64,000 nt of DNA from an uncultured candidate division Zixibacteria bacterium (GTDB taxonomy: Bacteria; Zixibacteria; MSB-5A5; GN15; FEB-12): positions 672,001 through 736,000 of the forward strand of contig OY760907.1 in NCBI GenBank assembly GCA_963664195.1, given 5' to 3'. Below are positions 52,532-62,426 of this stretch, in pieces. Numbering within the stretch: position 1 is the stretch's first letter; each line of letters opens with the position of its first letter. The position numbers were made by a program, and so were the translations under genes. The notes under the pieces were generated by a model. It saw nothing but the letters and a program-made list of their open reading frames with translations, did no database searches and was not told the origin of the DNA.

Positions 52532-53294
52532 CAGTTTGATCCTCGTCTTCGTTTGTCTTCTTCGCCAGCTCCATACGACGCTTGACGATCCAGTTAATAC
52601 CATACATGACGCCCCCCATGCCGAGGAACGCAAACGGCACGGCTTTCATCGCCGTATCGGTTGTTCCCGGCAGCGAGGCGATGCCTGCGGCAGACTCGGA
52701 AGTCAGGAAGCTCAGGTCAATATCGGAAAGATACAGCACTGAGGTACCGCCGTATTCATGCTCACCCCAGACCTTGTTGATGTATTTGTCCGGATTGTCC
52801 TTGATCCGTTTGTGGGCCTCGGCAATCAGCTTATCCCGATCACCGAAAATCGTCGCACCGGTAGGACAGGCCGAAGTACATCCCGGCTGACCGCCGTTTT
52901 TGATCTTGTCAAAACACAGGATACACTTGCGGACATACGGCACCGGCTCGTCCCAATCGTAGCGAGGGATACCGTACGGGCAGGCCATCATACAGTAACG
53001 ACAGCCCATACACAGGTCGCCGTCATATACCACCGCGCCGGTTTCCGTGCGCTGAAGAGCGCCCACCGGGCAGACCGAAACGCAAGCCGGTTCAAGACAG
53101 TGACGGCACTGTTTGCGGACAAAATGCTTGTCGGGTTTCCTCAGAATCGAGGTCCAGTTCTTCGCAGACAGACCGTCGTCTTTTTGCCACGTACGCGGCG
53201 TATCAAGACCAAGGTTGTTGACCGACTTGCAGCCCGCCACACATTCAAGGCACCCGATACACTTGGTGACATCAGTCAGAATCGCGGCGCTCAT
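52524..53294 (-). CDS. 4x[4Fe-4S] protein (HybA/HmcB-like) with C-terminal membrane anchor
   Basis: CIGCLECVAGC, CRHCLEPACVSVCP, CMGCRYCMMACP, CILC...CTSACP. Confidence 0.9.
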   Translation of the reverse strand: MSAAILTDVTKCIGCLECVAGCKSVNNLGLDTPRTWQKDDGLSAKNWTSILRKPDKHFVRKQCRHCLEPACVSVCPVGALQRTETGAVVYDGDLCMGCRYCMMACPYGIPRYDWDEPVPYVRKCILCFDKIKNGGQPGCTSACPTGATIFGDRDKLIAEAHKRIKDNPDKYINKVWGEHEYGGTSVLYLSDIDLSFLTSESAAGIASLPGTTDTAMKAVPFAFLGMGGVMYGINWIVKRRMELAKKTNEDEDQTDE

Positions 53295-53995
53295 ACCGGG
53301 GCTCCTTTCTTGTGTAGAGTAGTGGCAACATCATTGTCGGGCGTCGGCGGGAATTTCCACGCCAGACTTGAGATCAACTGCGAGAAGACAAACAACACAC
53401 AGTGCGCAATCTTCGTAAACGGCAGCAGAATGAAAATGATGTCCGCCGAGAGCACGTGCATGAGCATCGCAACCTTGTAGGTTGCCGGATCAACGGTCAA
53501 ATTCGCGCAAATGAAACCGGTTGTGAACGGTATCAGGAGCACGATCGGCCAGAGATAATCCTGTTTGCGGCTGATGAACCGTGAGGCCTTGTGAGAGACA
53601 CGACCGATGATCAGTGCCACCCCAAATACTATGGTGGATATCGTCAGCCAGTCGGCCCAGGCCTTTGGCAGCGTGAGCCATCCAAACCCGAGCACGCCCT
53701 TCCAGAGCTCCACGTGGGCGAACAGGAGAAGCGGCACGGCCAACAGACCAACATGGAATAGTATCGAAAACACGCTATAGAACGGCCGGTTCACCATGAC
53801 TCGGTTGACCGGGATTATCCAATTGATTGTCCGTTTTATAATCCACGGCCAGGGAATGTCTTTGTCGCCGGCTTTGCGCCAGGCGAGGAAGGCGGCCACG
53901 ATATCCAGCGCGATAACGCGGAACAATCCCAACAGCATAACGGCCAGACTGAAGCGAAACAGCGGGCCACGAGCGAATTCAAGCAAAGCATCCAT
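53291..53995 (-). CDS. NarI-family cytochrome b subunit (HmcE/TmcC-like)
   Basis: FARGPLF, FHVGL...AH, HVLSA...LPFTKIAH; several TM segments. Confidence 0.82.
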   Translation of the reverse strand: MDALLEFARGPLFRFSLAVMLLGLFRVIALDIVAAFLAWRKAGDKDIPWPWIIKRTINWIIPVNRVMVNRPFYSVFSILFHVGLLAVPLLLFAHVELWKGVLGFGWLTLPKAWADWLTISTIVFGVALIIGRVSHKASRFISRKQDYLWPIVLLIPFTTGFICANLTVDPATYKVAMLMHVLSADIIFILLPFTKIAHCVLFVFSQLISSLAWKFPPTPDNDVATTLHKKGAPV

Positions 53996-53999
53996 TGTA

Positions 54000-55460
54000 T
54001 TACTCTTCCTCCTCAGCGACCGCAGCCTCTTTGATCTTCATTGATTCCGGGAATATGATCGCCTTGTAGATCAGGTCGTGAAGACCCATCACCTCACAGT
54101 CGATTTTCTGATCCTCTACCAACTCCTTCAATTGCTTCTTGCAGTTGGCACAGGGGGCCACCAGAATCGAACAGCCTGATTCCCGAATCTGGTCGGCTTT
54201 CAGCTTACCGCCCACGGTCGTACGATAGGGGCGGATTTCATCGATGGAAACCGAACCACCGCCGCCACCGCAGCAAATGTTGTTTACTCCCTTGGGGGCC
54301 ATTTCGACATAGTTCTTGCAGAAGGCTCTGAGAATCTCACGCGGTTGATCAACAATCCATCCCTGACGCGCCAGGTTGCACGGATCATGGTAGGCCACAA
54401 CCTCGGTAACAACATTCGGATCGAGTTTGAATCGCCCCTCTTTCCAGGCCTTGTAGGTGTATTCCATGATGTTGAGAACCGGTAAGGCATCCTTTCCACC
54501 ACAGAAGGTCGGAAGGAACCCCTTGGCCGAGCGCGAGGCATGTCCGCATTCGCCGATCAACACGTTTTTCCCTTTGAGACGCTTTGTCTCGGCGTCGATT
54601 TTCTTGACCACACGCTCAAGAATCCGATCGGAGTAAAACAGACCGTAGTTGATACCGTCGAAATACCCCGTACCGGTTGTCCAGGAATCACCTGTCGCCC
54701 GAAACACCGCCGCAATCCCCATAAGCGTCTCGGCTTCCATCAGGAAGTCACTGACAGCCGGGAAAAACACGTAGTCCGCACCCTCGACGTCGAGAGGGAA
54801 TTCTATCTTGACGTGCTTGTCCTCTTCCATGTCCTCTGAGAGGAACTCAAGCGTATCGACCAGCGCCGGGACCGGAATCGCCGACGTGTTGCCTGACTCG
54901 CCCTCAAGCTGCTCCCTCGTGCTGACTACCAGCGCACGCGGAACAATCCCGATCTCGCTGAGAATATAACGACCGAGGTGGGTAACCAGACCGTGGTCGA
55001 TGCCCGCCGGGCAGTCGTTGTTGCAGCGACGACAGGCAGTGCAGTTCCAGAAGCTTTCGGCCATTTCCTGAATTTTCTCGTCGGTCAGATATCCGGATCC
55101 AAGCACACGCCCCTTGAGCATGCCTCCCATTGTGAAATGGCGACGGTACACGCTGAGCAGCAGTTCCGAACGGTAGCAGGGGATGTCTTTCGGATCACCG
55201 GTCGCCTGGTATACCTGACAGGTAGTGGCACACCGCGAACACTTGGCACTCATACGAACATAGTGATCCAGCGCCATGCCATAGTTGGAGTGCTTGAGGA
55301 TGGCCGCAAACGCTTCCAGGAAGCGCCGTGGGCGGTCATTGCTGTCGAAATCCTCCACATGGTAGCGGACATCGAGCTTCTGTTTCTCGCAAGTCTCCGG
55401 TTTTCTTGCCGAAGAAAACGCCTTTTTGCGCTCTTCAGCATTGATCGGATTTGTCTTCAT
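54000..55460 (-). CDS. HdrD-related Fe-S/CCG-domain protein (HmcF/TmcB-like)
   Basis: CSRCATTC, CTACRRCNNDCP, GECGH, YHDPCNLAR, CCGGGGG, PCANC. Confidence 0.87.
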   Translation of the reverse strand: MKTNPINAEERKKAFSSARKPETCEKQKLDVRYHVEDFDSNDRPRRFLEAFAAILKHSNYGMALDHYVRMSAKCSRCATTCQVYQATGDPKDIPCYRSELLLSVYRRHFTMGGMLKGRVLGSGYLTDEKIQEMAESFWNCTACRRCNNDCPAGIDHGLVTHLGRYILSEIGIVPRALVVSTREQLEGESGNTSAIPVPALVDTLEFLSEDMEEDKHVKIEFPLDVEGADYVFFPAVSDFLMEAETLMGIAAVFRATGDSWTTGTGYFDGINYGLFYSDRILERVVKKIDAETKRLKGKNVLIGECGHASRSAKGFLPTFCGGKDALPVLNIMEYTYKAWKEGRFKLDPNVVTEVVAYHDPCNLARQGWIVDQPREILRAFCKNYVEMAPKGVNNICCGGGGGSVSIDEIRPYRTTVGGKLKADQIRESGCSILVAPCANCKKQLKELVEDQKIDCEVMGLHDLIYKAIIFPESMKIKEAAVAEEEE

Positions 55461-55518
55461 CTATGCTCCATTCTCAACAGGACAGATGTCCCTTCATCAG
55501 AGATAATTGTCTGCAAAA

Positions 55519-56274
55519 TCACTCTGCATCCCAGGATGCCTTCTCGTGGTCGGTTATCGGCCCCCTGAGAAGCGGAATCTTGTCAAATGCCGTTTCTACG
55601 CCCGGCACCCGTACCGCCTCGGCATCTATCAATTCTATGTCATATTCCTTGCAGCACTTCTCGATCGCCGGTCTGGCCGGACAGTAATAAGCCCGCGCCT
55701 GGTAATCGGTCTGTGTAGCCAGATGGAATTCGAAAATCTCCTGTTTGCAACGATAGGTATGAGCGCCGCAGCAAACGGCCACTCTCACCGGACGCCGGCA
55801 AATCGGACAAGAAATCTCGGCAACCAGGTCAATCATAAAGGCGTCTTCGCCCGGTCCCTCGGATACCGCGTACCCGTGAGAGGTGAAAAGCCCGCGAGCA
55901 TGTTCCACAAGCGACTCGTGGGACATCGTGTCCATGTCAACCATGTCATCCGGGTCCCGTTCATCCGGCACCAAACTGCCGTCGATGAACATCTCGAGCG
56001 CCTTCTCGGCGCTATCACTGACATTCGGGATCACCGTGACCCCGGAAGCTGTCAGCATATCTCTATAGGAGCCTTTGATGCCGCTGCAGATAAGGACACC
56101 AACTCCGTGCATCTGCAACGCACGTATACGGTGATGCCCCTCGGTTCCTTCGCACAGGACCGTCTTCTTCTCGACGACCCGTCCACCTTCTACGTTGGCA
56201 ACCAGTAGCTTACGGGCGGCCTCGAATCTCGGTGCCACCGCAGACCCCATAATTGGTATTGCAACTTTGTCCAT
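55519..56274 (-). CDS. NifB/NifX-family domain fused to a Cys-rich C-terminal domain
   Basis: KVAIP...VAPRFEAA, VLICSGI; C-terminal CPIC, CCGAH, CC. Confidence 0.75.
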   Translation of the reverse strand: MDKVAIPIMGSAVAPRFEAARKLLVANVEGGRVVEKKTVLCEGTEGHHRIRALQMHGVGVLICSGIKGSYRDMLTASGVTVIPNVSDSAEKALEMFIDGSLVPDERDPDDMVDMDTMSHESLVEHARGLFTSHGYAVSEGPGEDAFMIDLVAEISCPICRRPVRVAVCCGAHTYRCKQEIFEFHLATQTDYQARAYYCPARPAIEKCCKEYDIELIDAEAVRVPGVETAFDKIPLLRGPITDHEKASWDAE

Positions 56275-56290
56275 ACAAGATGAGACATAT

Positions 56291-56307
56291 TGCACCAATC
56301 GTGCCAA
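56291..56307 (-). promoter_or_regulatory. Sigma54 (-24/-12) promoter of the redox operon
   Basis: TTGGCACG-ATTG-GTGCA on the minus strand, directly downstream of a bEBP gene. Confidence 0.8.
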
Positions 56308-56368
56308 AGTTGAACAAATGACTTATGTCATTGCTATACAGATAGATACGAACATGACCGCACAGACG

Positions 56369-56429
56369 ATGTTGCGCGCGATGCAACATGTCGTGTTGCA
56401 CGAGACATAGTGCGACGTTGCACGCAACA
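56369..56429. promoter_or_regulatory. Putative enhancer (UAS) palindromes
   Basis: ATGTTGC-N7-GCAACAT at 56369-56389 plus further GTTGCA/GCAAC half-sites, about 60-120 bp upstream of the sigma54 promoter. Confidence 0.65.
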
Positions 56430-56459
56430 CAAACTGAGCATTGCGCGCGGAAAGAGGGA

Positions 56460-57812
56460 TCATTCGGGCTTATCGAGTGATATTTGGAAGCGTTTAATTT
56501 TGCGCCAGAGGGTGGTTCGGTGAACGCCTAAGTCTTTGGCTGCTAACGTCATGTTGCCATCGTGCTCTCTCAGAGCGGCGATGATCTGGCGACGTTCGTC
56601 GATTGACTGTGTGACCGGGTCGGCTTCAAGGAAACTTGCCGCATCCGGCTCCTCCAGTTGGGAGAACTCTACCGGCAAATGCTCTTTCTGGATGATACTG
56701 CCACGGCAAACTACAAAACCGTACTCTATAATGTTCTCAAGCTCACGGATATTGCCGGGGAAATCATACTTCATCAACAGGCGCATCACTTCCGGACTGA
56801 CGCTCAGGATACGTTTCCCTTTACGGGCGTTAAACTTCTCGATGAAATGATCAACCAGATACGGAATATCCTCACGCCTCTGTTTCAGCGCGGGCAGGTC
56901 AAACCTCACCACGGCCAGCCGGAAGTACAGATCATCACGGAAATTCCCCTGTGCCACCAACTCCTTGAGATCACGATTGGTCGCCGCCACCACGCGGATA
57001 TCCGCCTTGACCGAAGTTGTACCACCTACCGGCTCGTACTCACGTTGTTGCAACAATCGAAGCAATTTCACCTGTGTCGACAACGGCAACTCCCCGATCT
57101 CGTCGAAAAAAACCGTGCCAGTCTCTGCCTGAGCCAGTTTGCCGGCTTTGTCCCGTTTAGCATCGGTGAAGGCACCCTTGACGTAGCCGAACAGCTCCGA
57201 TTCAAACAACTGAGTCGGAAGCGTACCGCAGTTTATAATCCTTAACGGTTTGTCTTTGCGCGGACTCAGGTTGTGTATGGCATGAGCAAACAACTCCTTG
57301 CCTGACCCCGAAGGTCCTTGTATCAGCACCGTGCTTTCGCTCTCGGCGATATCTGGCAGGATGGCAAACAGCTTGTGAATTTTCGGACTCTTTGAGATGA
57401 TATCCTCGATCGAGTACCTCTGGCTGAGTTCTTTGCGCAAATGCTCGATTGCGGAGAGATCGCGGAATGTTTCGACCGCCCCGAGCACTTCGCCGTCGTC
57501 ATCCCGAAGCACGGCAGTCGAGATGCTGATCGGGATTTTGTCGCCGCGACTATTAATGATACTGACCGGACGATCGATTGTCTGGACGCCAGTCTTGAGC
57601 GTGCGGTGCAGCGGGCAGTTTTCGCACATATCGGAATGGAAAATATCGGAGCAATGTTTCCCGATAGCCTTTGCAGCGGAAATACCGGTGATACGTTCGG
57701 CGGCTTGGTTGAACGATGTGATGATACGATTGGAATCGACCGTAAATACACCGTCGGCGATAGAACTCAGGATAACCTTGAAGAATCTCAGATCCTGTGG
57801 AGTTGCTTTCAC
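56460..57812 (-). CDS. PAS-domain sigma54-dependent transcriptional activator
   Basis: GPSGSGKE, ESELFGYVKGAFTDA, FFDEIGE, FPGNIREL, Fis-type HTH; GTG start after AGGAGA. Confidence 0.93.
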   Translation of the reverse strand: MKATPQDLRFFKVILSSIADGVFTVDSNRIITSFNQAAERITGISAAKAIGKHCSDIFHSDMCENCPLHRTLKTGVQTIDRPVSIINSRGDKIPISISTAVLRDDDGEVLGAVETFRDLSAIEHLRKELSQRYSIEDIISKSPKIHKLFAILPDIAESESTVLIQGPSGSGKELFAHAIHNLSPRKDKPLRIINCGTLPTQLFESELFGYVKGAFTDAKRDKAGKLAQAETGTVFFDEIGELPLSTQVKLLRLLQQREYEPVGGTTSVKADIRVVAATNRDLKELVAQGNFRDDLYFRLAVVRFDLPALKQRREDIPYLVDHFIEKFNARKGKRILSVSPEVMRLLMKYDFPGNIRELENIIEYGFVVCRGSIIQKEHLPVEFSQLEEPDAASFLEADPVTQSIDERRQIIAALREHDGNMTLAAKDLGVHRTTLWRKIKRFQISLDKPE

Positions 57813-58038
57813 CTTATCTCCTGTTTCCAATTGCTTCCGGATGCAGTCCAGAGCTATTTAACGCCCGACTCAGTTAAAAGCAACCATGGAAATCGGGGGA
57901 TGGTTCCTGAACCCACGCGGGGATGGGTGGGATAGCGAATCAGCAATGTGGGTCGCGGTTTCAAAGAAGCCGGTGGCGAGAGAGAAAACCGATGCATCAC
58001 GTCATCCGCGTCATCAACACCGGCCCAAGCAAGCTTGA

Positions 58039-58280
58039 GCCGGCCAACTCGTGGGGCTTCGTCAGATTGACGAGGATATCTGGGACATCTACTTCGGACC
58101 CATCCGACTGGCCCAACTCGACACCGTCAAGAAAAGACTGATTCACCTACCGAAAACGAAGAAACGCAAAAGCAGGCATTCGACAGGAAAAGAGCATTGA
58201 TAACCAAACCCGTGCCTCGGGTGCGGGAAAGTGTTACCTATGTGCCTGGATTAATCTGTAACCTATGTCCGGATCAGACA
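58039..58280 (+). mobile_element. IS481-family remnant: transposase C-terminus and right end
   Basis: Frame 58039-58200 reads AGQLVGLRQIDEDIWDIYFGPIRLAQLD...; the end has two TGTWACCTATGT sub-repeats and terminates in ACA (5'-TGT on the minus strand). Confidence 0.7.
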
Positions 58281-58601
58281 GGTGGCCCGCCCGTGCCTCG
58301 GGTGGGGGACAGCCGCGTTCTCCCCTATGTGGACCTCCGGTGGCCAACCCGTGCCTCGGGTGGGGGACAGCCGCGTTCTCCCCTTGTGACCACCAGCGTT
58401 TTGTGACCACCAGGGTTCCGCCCCTGGCGGATTCGATTCCCGATTGACATTCACCCGCAATTGTGTATTTTGAAGGCGATTATAGTTCAACCAGATTCAC
58501 TCGGTGATACGGGAGGGATGTGTGGCAATCAAGCGACCAGTAGAAACCCGGGGGGCGATGCGGCTGGCAAAGGGGCAGACGAGGGCGTCTGCCGCCCACG
58601 G
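58281..58601 (+). repeat. Composite repeat module A: 2 x 58-bp units + 199-bp tail (leader absent, IS end abuts)
   Basis: Units at 58281 and 58339; tail 58403-58601 ends in GGGGCAGACGAGGGCGTCTGCCGCCCACGG. Confidence 0.9.
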
Positions 58602-58835
58602 ATACTGGACCCGACATCCACGATTATAACGGGTATAATACCCAATCCCTGGTTTGACAAGAGGATCAAACCGCAGGGCACCCTGTTGAACAATGAGACT
58701 GATGTTCAGCGCAAGCGGCAGATAGCCGAAATTCGCAGCCAGAAGATGGCTGAAAACAAATTCAACAGACAAAGGTCAACACAAGCCAACCACCAACCCT
58801 AGTTCGGCAGTGTTCCTGAATGGAAAGGTATTCTC

Positions 58836-59843
58836 ATGGGAAGAGCAGTCTCTTTCGACAAACGCGTAGCCGCGAAAATGTGCTTCATTCCGGTAGTACT
58901 GGGTTTGGTTCTGCTGTTATGGCTGGAGTGCTCTTTTGTTACCGAGCGCTTTCCGCAATACTCCGGCACCATTCTGATGTTTAAGAGCGAAATATTGACC
59001 TTTGATCTGCAATCTGGTTCGCTTGGTACTATTGAGCTCGCTAAGGGGCCGGAGAATGCCTCGAGATTTCTGGCAGCAGGTCACGGGGGATCACTGATGC
59101 TGCTCAGTTATATGTCTTTCCAAGAGGAGCGCTGGGGGAGAGATCGACATGAATCTGAAACTCGGATATACGTCTATGAACCCCTGAGTCCTGGGGCTGA
59201 ACTTGTCCAAGAGCTCAACGTCCCCGGCGTGTTCTGTAATTCATTAGATTACTACTCGGTTACAAACTCGTTTCTTCTGTGTGGGGTCTTGCGAGATCAG
59301 CGGGGCGTTTTTGTGCTCGACTCCAACTTTGCTGAGATTGATGATCTCACACTTGTTGCTCGAGGGTGTGCGATAGACGCATCCGGCAAGCCGGCCGTGT
59401 TAGAAAGCGCGCCCACCGGCGGCTTCTTCATTGATAGCACGCGGATAGCGATTGATCTGATTGACGGTGTCTTTCTGATTGATTTGGGCAGCCAGTCTTG
59501 CCGAAAGCTACATGCCCAGCACAAGCATTTGCTGGGAGCGACTCGTGACCGGCGTACGCTGGTTCTTGCCCGACGGACCGTGGATGAGGACACCATAGTT
59601 GAGCTGTTTAGGCTTGAAGGAGACAGCGCAGTATTTGTGGAAAGAGTTCCCGGTTTCTACTGCTTCTCGCCCGACGAGAAGGTGATCGCTTACGGAAAGA
59701 CTGAGGGCATACTGGATGATCTGGTTCGTATTTGGTTGTATGATCTCGAGACTAAGGAGAACTATAAGACAAACTTGGTGAGCGGGGCAAGTTTCAGTTC
59801 GTCCATGGTCTGGGTGGAGGAGGTTGCGAACTCCCCGGAATAG
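58836..59843 (+). CDS. Hypothetical membrane-anchored protein, possible beta-propeller (cargo A)
   Basis: 335-aa ORF, N-terminal hydrophobic segment, TolB-like FSPDEKVIAY...IWLYDLET. Confidence 0.65.
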   Translation: MGRAVSFDKRVAAKMCFIPVVLGLVLLLWLECSFVTERFPQYSGTILMFKSEILTFDLQSGSLGTIELAKGPENASRFLAAGHGGSLMLLSYMSFQEERWGRDRHESETRIYVYEPLSPGAELVQELNVPGVFCNSLDYYSVTNSFLLCGVLRDQRGVFVLDSNFAEIDDLTLVARGCAIDASGKPAVLESAPTGGFFIDSTRIAIDLIDGVFLIDLGSQSCRKLHAQHKHLLGATRDRRTLVLARRTVDEDTIVELFRLEGDSAVFVERVPGFYCFSPDEKVIAYGKTEGILDDLVRIWLYDLETKENYKTNLVSGASFSSSMVWVEEVANSPE

Positions 59844-60159
59844 CAATTCGGACGAACACAACTCAGTTTGTTGCCGCCGCGACACTAAGCACTGCGCCTT
59901 TTCGACTGGTGCCTACTTCTTCGCCATGACGGCTGGCGACCTCGTCCGGACGAGGAAAATGCTCCTGTATAAGTGACGCTTGCCGAGTCTGATCGGGGGC
60001 ACAGCAATGTGTGTCGTGTGACCAAATTGTGACCACGGAGCACCAAAACAGCCCGATTGAGGCAAATCGAGGCAAAAGAATACAAAAGAATCAAGTTCTT
60101 GCGGTCCTTCAGCTTATTGCACAAGTCGTTGTGGAGTAATGCATTGCAGAGCACCTGTC

Positions 60160-60708
60160 CGGCGAATCCCTACCTCTCCGCTTATTTTGTCTTCCATTAC
60201 ATGCGAGTTTGCAGCTTGCCGTCCGTTCGGTGGCCAACCCGTGCCTCGGGTGGGGGACAGCCGCGTTCTCCCTTTTGTGGACCTCCGGTGGCCAACCCGT
60301 GCCTCGGGTGGGGGACAGCCGCGTTCTCCCTTTTGTGGACCTCCGGTGGCCAACCCGTGCCTCGGGTGGGGGACAGCCGCGTTCTCCCCTTTGTGGACCT
60401 CCGGTGGCCAACCCGTGCCTCGGGTGGGGGACAACCGCGTTCTCCCCTTTGTGGACCTCCGGTGGCCAACCCGTGCCTCGGGTGGGAGATAGCCGTACTC
60501 GCCCCTTTTGTGACCACCAGGGATCCACCTCTGGGGGATTCGTTTCCCGATTGACAATCACCCGCAATTGTGTTTTTTGAAGGCGATCTTAGACCAATCA
60601 GATTCACTCGGTGATACGGGAGGGATGTGTGACAATCAAGCGACCACTAGAAACCCGGGGGGCGATGCGGCTGGCAAAGGGGCAGACGAGGGCGTCTGCC
60701 GCCCACGG
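60160..60708 (+). repeat. Composite repeat module B: 69-bp leader + 5 x 58-bp units + 199-bp tail
   Basis: Leader 60160-60228; units at 60229, 60287, 60345, 60403, 60461; tail 60510-60708. Confidence 0.92.
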
Positions 60709-60728
60709 GATACGAAGTCTATCAGTAC

Positions 60729-61448
60729 ATGACGAGTGTATCGCGGGGTTTGGCCCCTCCCTGCCACTTGATCATGTTTGACGGGAGCGTGATAGCAGGC
60801 CGCGAAAGTGAGAAGAACGAGGATTGGATTGACGACTTGCCGAGTGACTGCTCCTATGCGCAGAACTATAGTATTCCAGAAGTGAGAGAGAAGAGACGTG
60901 TTGGACCCAGAAAAGGGAAAGCCAGTCTCGGAACGGACTTGTATTGCTGGGATTCGGAAATGGAGAATATAATAGGGGTTTCTCATATACCCAGGAAGCA
61001 AACCTTAGGGGAGATCGCCGAGGGTTTGTACAGGAATACGGACTATGTATTCAATTGGTTGTTTGAAGTGGGTGACGACACTAGAGACTATGGGCCTGAA
61101 TCCCCTGAGTTACAGGAGATTTCGACTTCCCCGGCTGCCACTGCTATGAGAGATGATTTCTACAGAAATGAGTGTGAGAGCAACGACTTTGGAGAGTACG
61201 GGTCACGGAGGGCCGCTTTCGAGACATTACGTCCTCTTTGGAACACAAGTTCACAGGTGGGTGGGTTTCTGTACACCGCAACCAACAACGGGAATGGTAC
61301 CGTTACCTTCGAATTCACAAACGTCACTTCACTCTGGTCCGCCGGATACCACTTCGATTTCATTCCGCGTCCCCTGCCTCGTGGCGGCATGATTCCACTT
61401 TGTGGTGACCTCAGCCAGACGTTTTCATGGACAGAGCCGATACAGTGA
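60729..61448 (+). CDS. Hypothetical protein resembling an orphan polymorphic-toxin C-terminal domain (cargo B)
   Basis: No signal peptide; ends NGTVTFEFTNVTSLWS.GYH...GDLSQTFSWTEP, like Rhs-tip domains; followed by a small lipoprotein gene. Confidence 0.5.
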   Translation: MTSVSRGLAPPCHLIMFDGSVIAGRESEKNEDWIDDLPSDCSYAQNYSIPEVREKRRVGPRKGKASLGTDLYCWDSEMENIIGVSHIPRKQTLGEIAEGLYRNTDYVFNWLFEVGDDTRDYGPESPELQEISTSPAATAMRDDFYRNECESNDFGEYGSRRAAFETLRPLWNTSSQVGGFLYTATNNGNGTVTFEFTNVTSLWSAGYHFDFIPRPLPRGGMIPLCGDLSQTFSWTEPIQ

Positions 61449-61555
61449 TGTCGTGAACTCAGGATTTCCGTCATCCTTGACTGTCGCTCTTGGATCATGT
61501 ATCTTGGACTTGGCCGTCGGAGACGGTACAGAACACCTCAGAACGGGAAGGATGT

Positions 61556-62015
61556 ATGAAAGCTAATAGGCCAAGGACTTCTTTGGTAGCGGTGGCTGGT
61601 GCACTTGTTTTGGCTGTTCTCGTGACAGGCTGCGACTACGTAAAGGATTCCGACGAATTGATCGGAGTGTACGAGGCACGCTATTCATTCGGCACGGAGC
61701 GGCTTCAGATCAGGCCGGATGGTACATATTTCGCGCTTCGTGCAGACCATTCGCGTCGACGGTGATTCTGTCATAACAAACCACGGAAACTGGGATTTCA
61801 GGGTGGAAAGCCAATACTCCCACCTGTATCTGGACGATGCTATGGTGGCTGGTGATGTACATGATCGTCTTCGCCCTCGTTTTTGGGAGACTAAGAGTAG
61901 GAGACGTAAGCTTCCCACAGAAAGGATATTCGGAAAGGTCAAGCTGGAAATCCACCCGGACTTTGGAATCTACTACGTAAAGATCACTTCGGAGGAATCG
62001 ACTGCGACAGAGTGA
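61556..62015 (+). pseudogene. Frameshifted lipoprotein, putative immunity protein
   Basis: Lipobox LVTGC, ...IRPDGTY continues in another frame as FVQTIRVDG...; removing TTCGCGC (61730-61736) restores one ORF. Confidence 0.6.
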
Positions 62016-62426
62016 TTCACCAGACGACGCTCGGCTGAGCGGTAAAGGTTTGCGCTGGATTCGGTCCGTCCCGGTGTTCAAATGAACTGATAGTACAGAT
62101 TAGCCAGCGGGAGGCAGACGAAGCTTCTGCTTCTTGCTCTCTCTTCCCAACCTTGATGAGTTGGTGGTTAGCGGCTCGGCTATCCTTTCCTGCTTGTCTC
62201 CCAGGGGTTGCTGAGTGACTGTCCGTTATCGTCATCCATTCCCAAGACCTCCTCTGGGTTGCTCGCCCTGAGATGCAGCCTCCTTCTAACGATTTTCTAA
62301 CAAACAAGTGCAAGAAACTTGAAGCAAGTTGAAAGAAGTGAACGCAACTGAACATAACTAAACCTATACATGTCAGCCGATTGCGCGTATTCCCATGCGC
62401 GGCATGGACATGCCCAGAACGCCACT

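Noticed and set aside
60057..60607. Overlapping ORFs in many frames across the repeats (also 58197-58490 and 62297-62765)
   Set aside because: Artefacts of a stop-poor 58-bp unit cycling through frames
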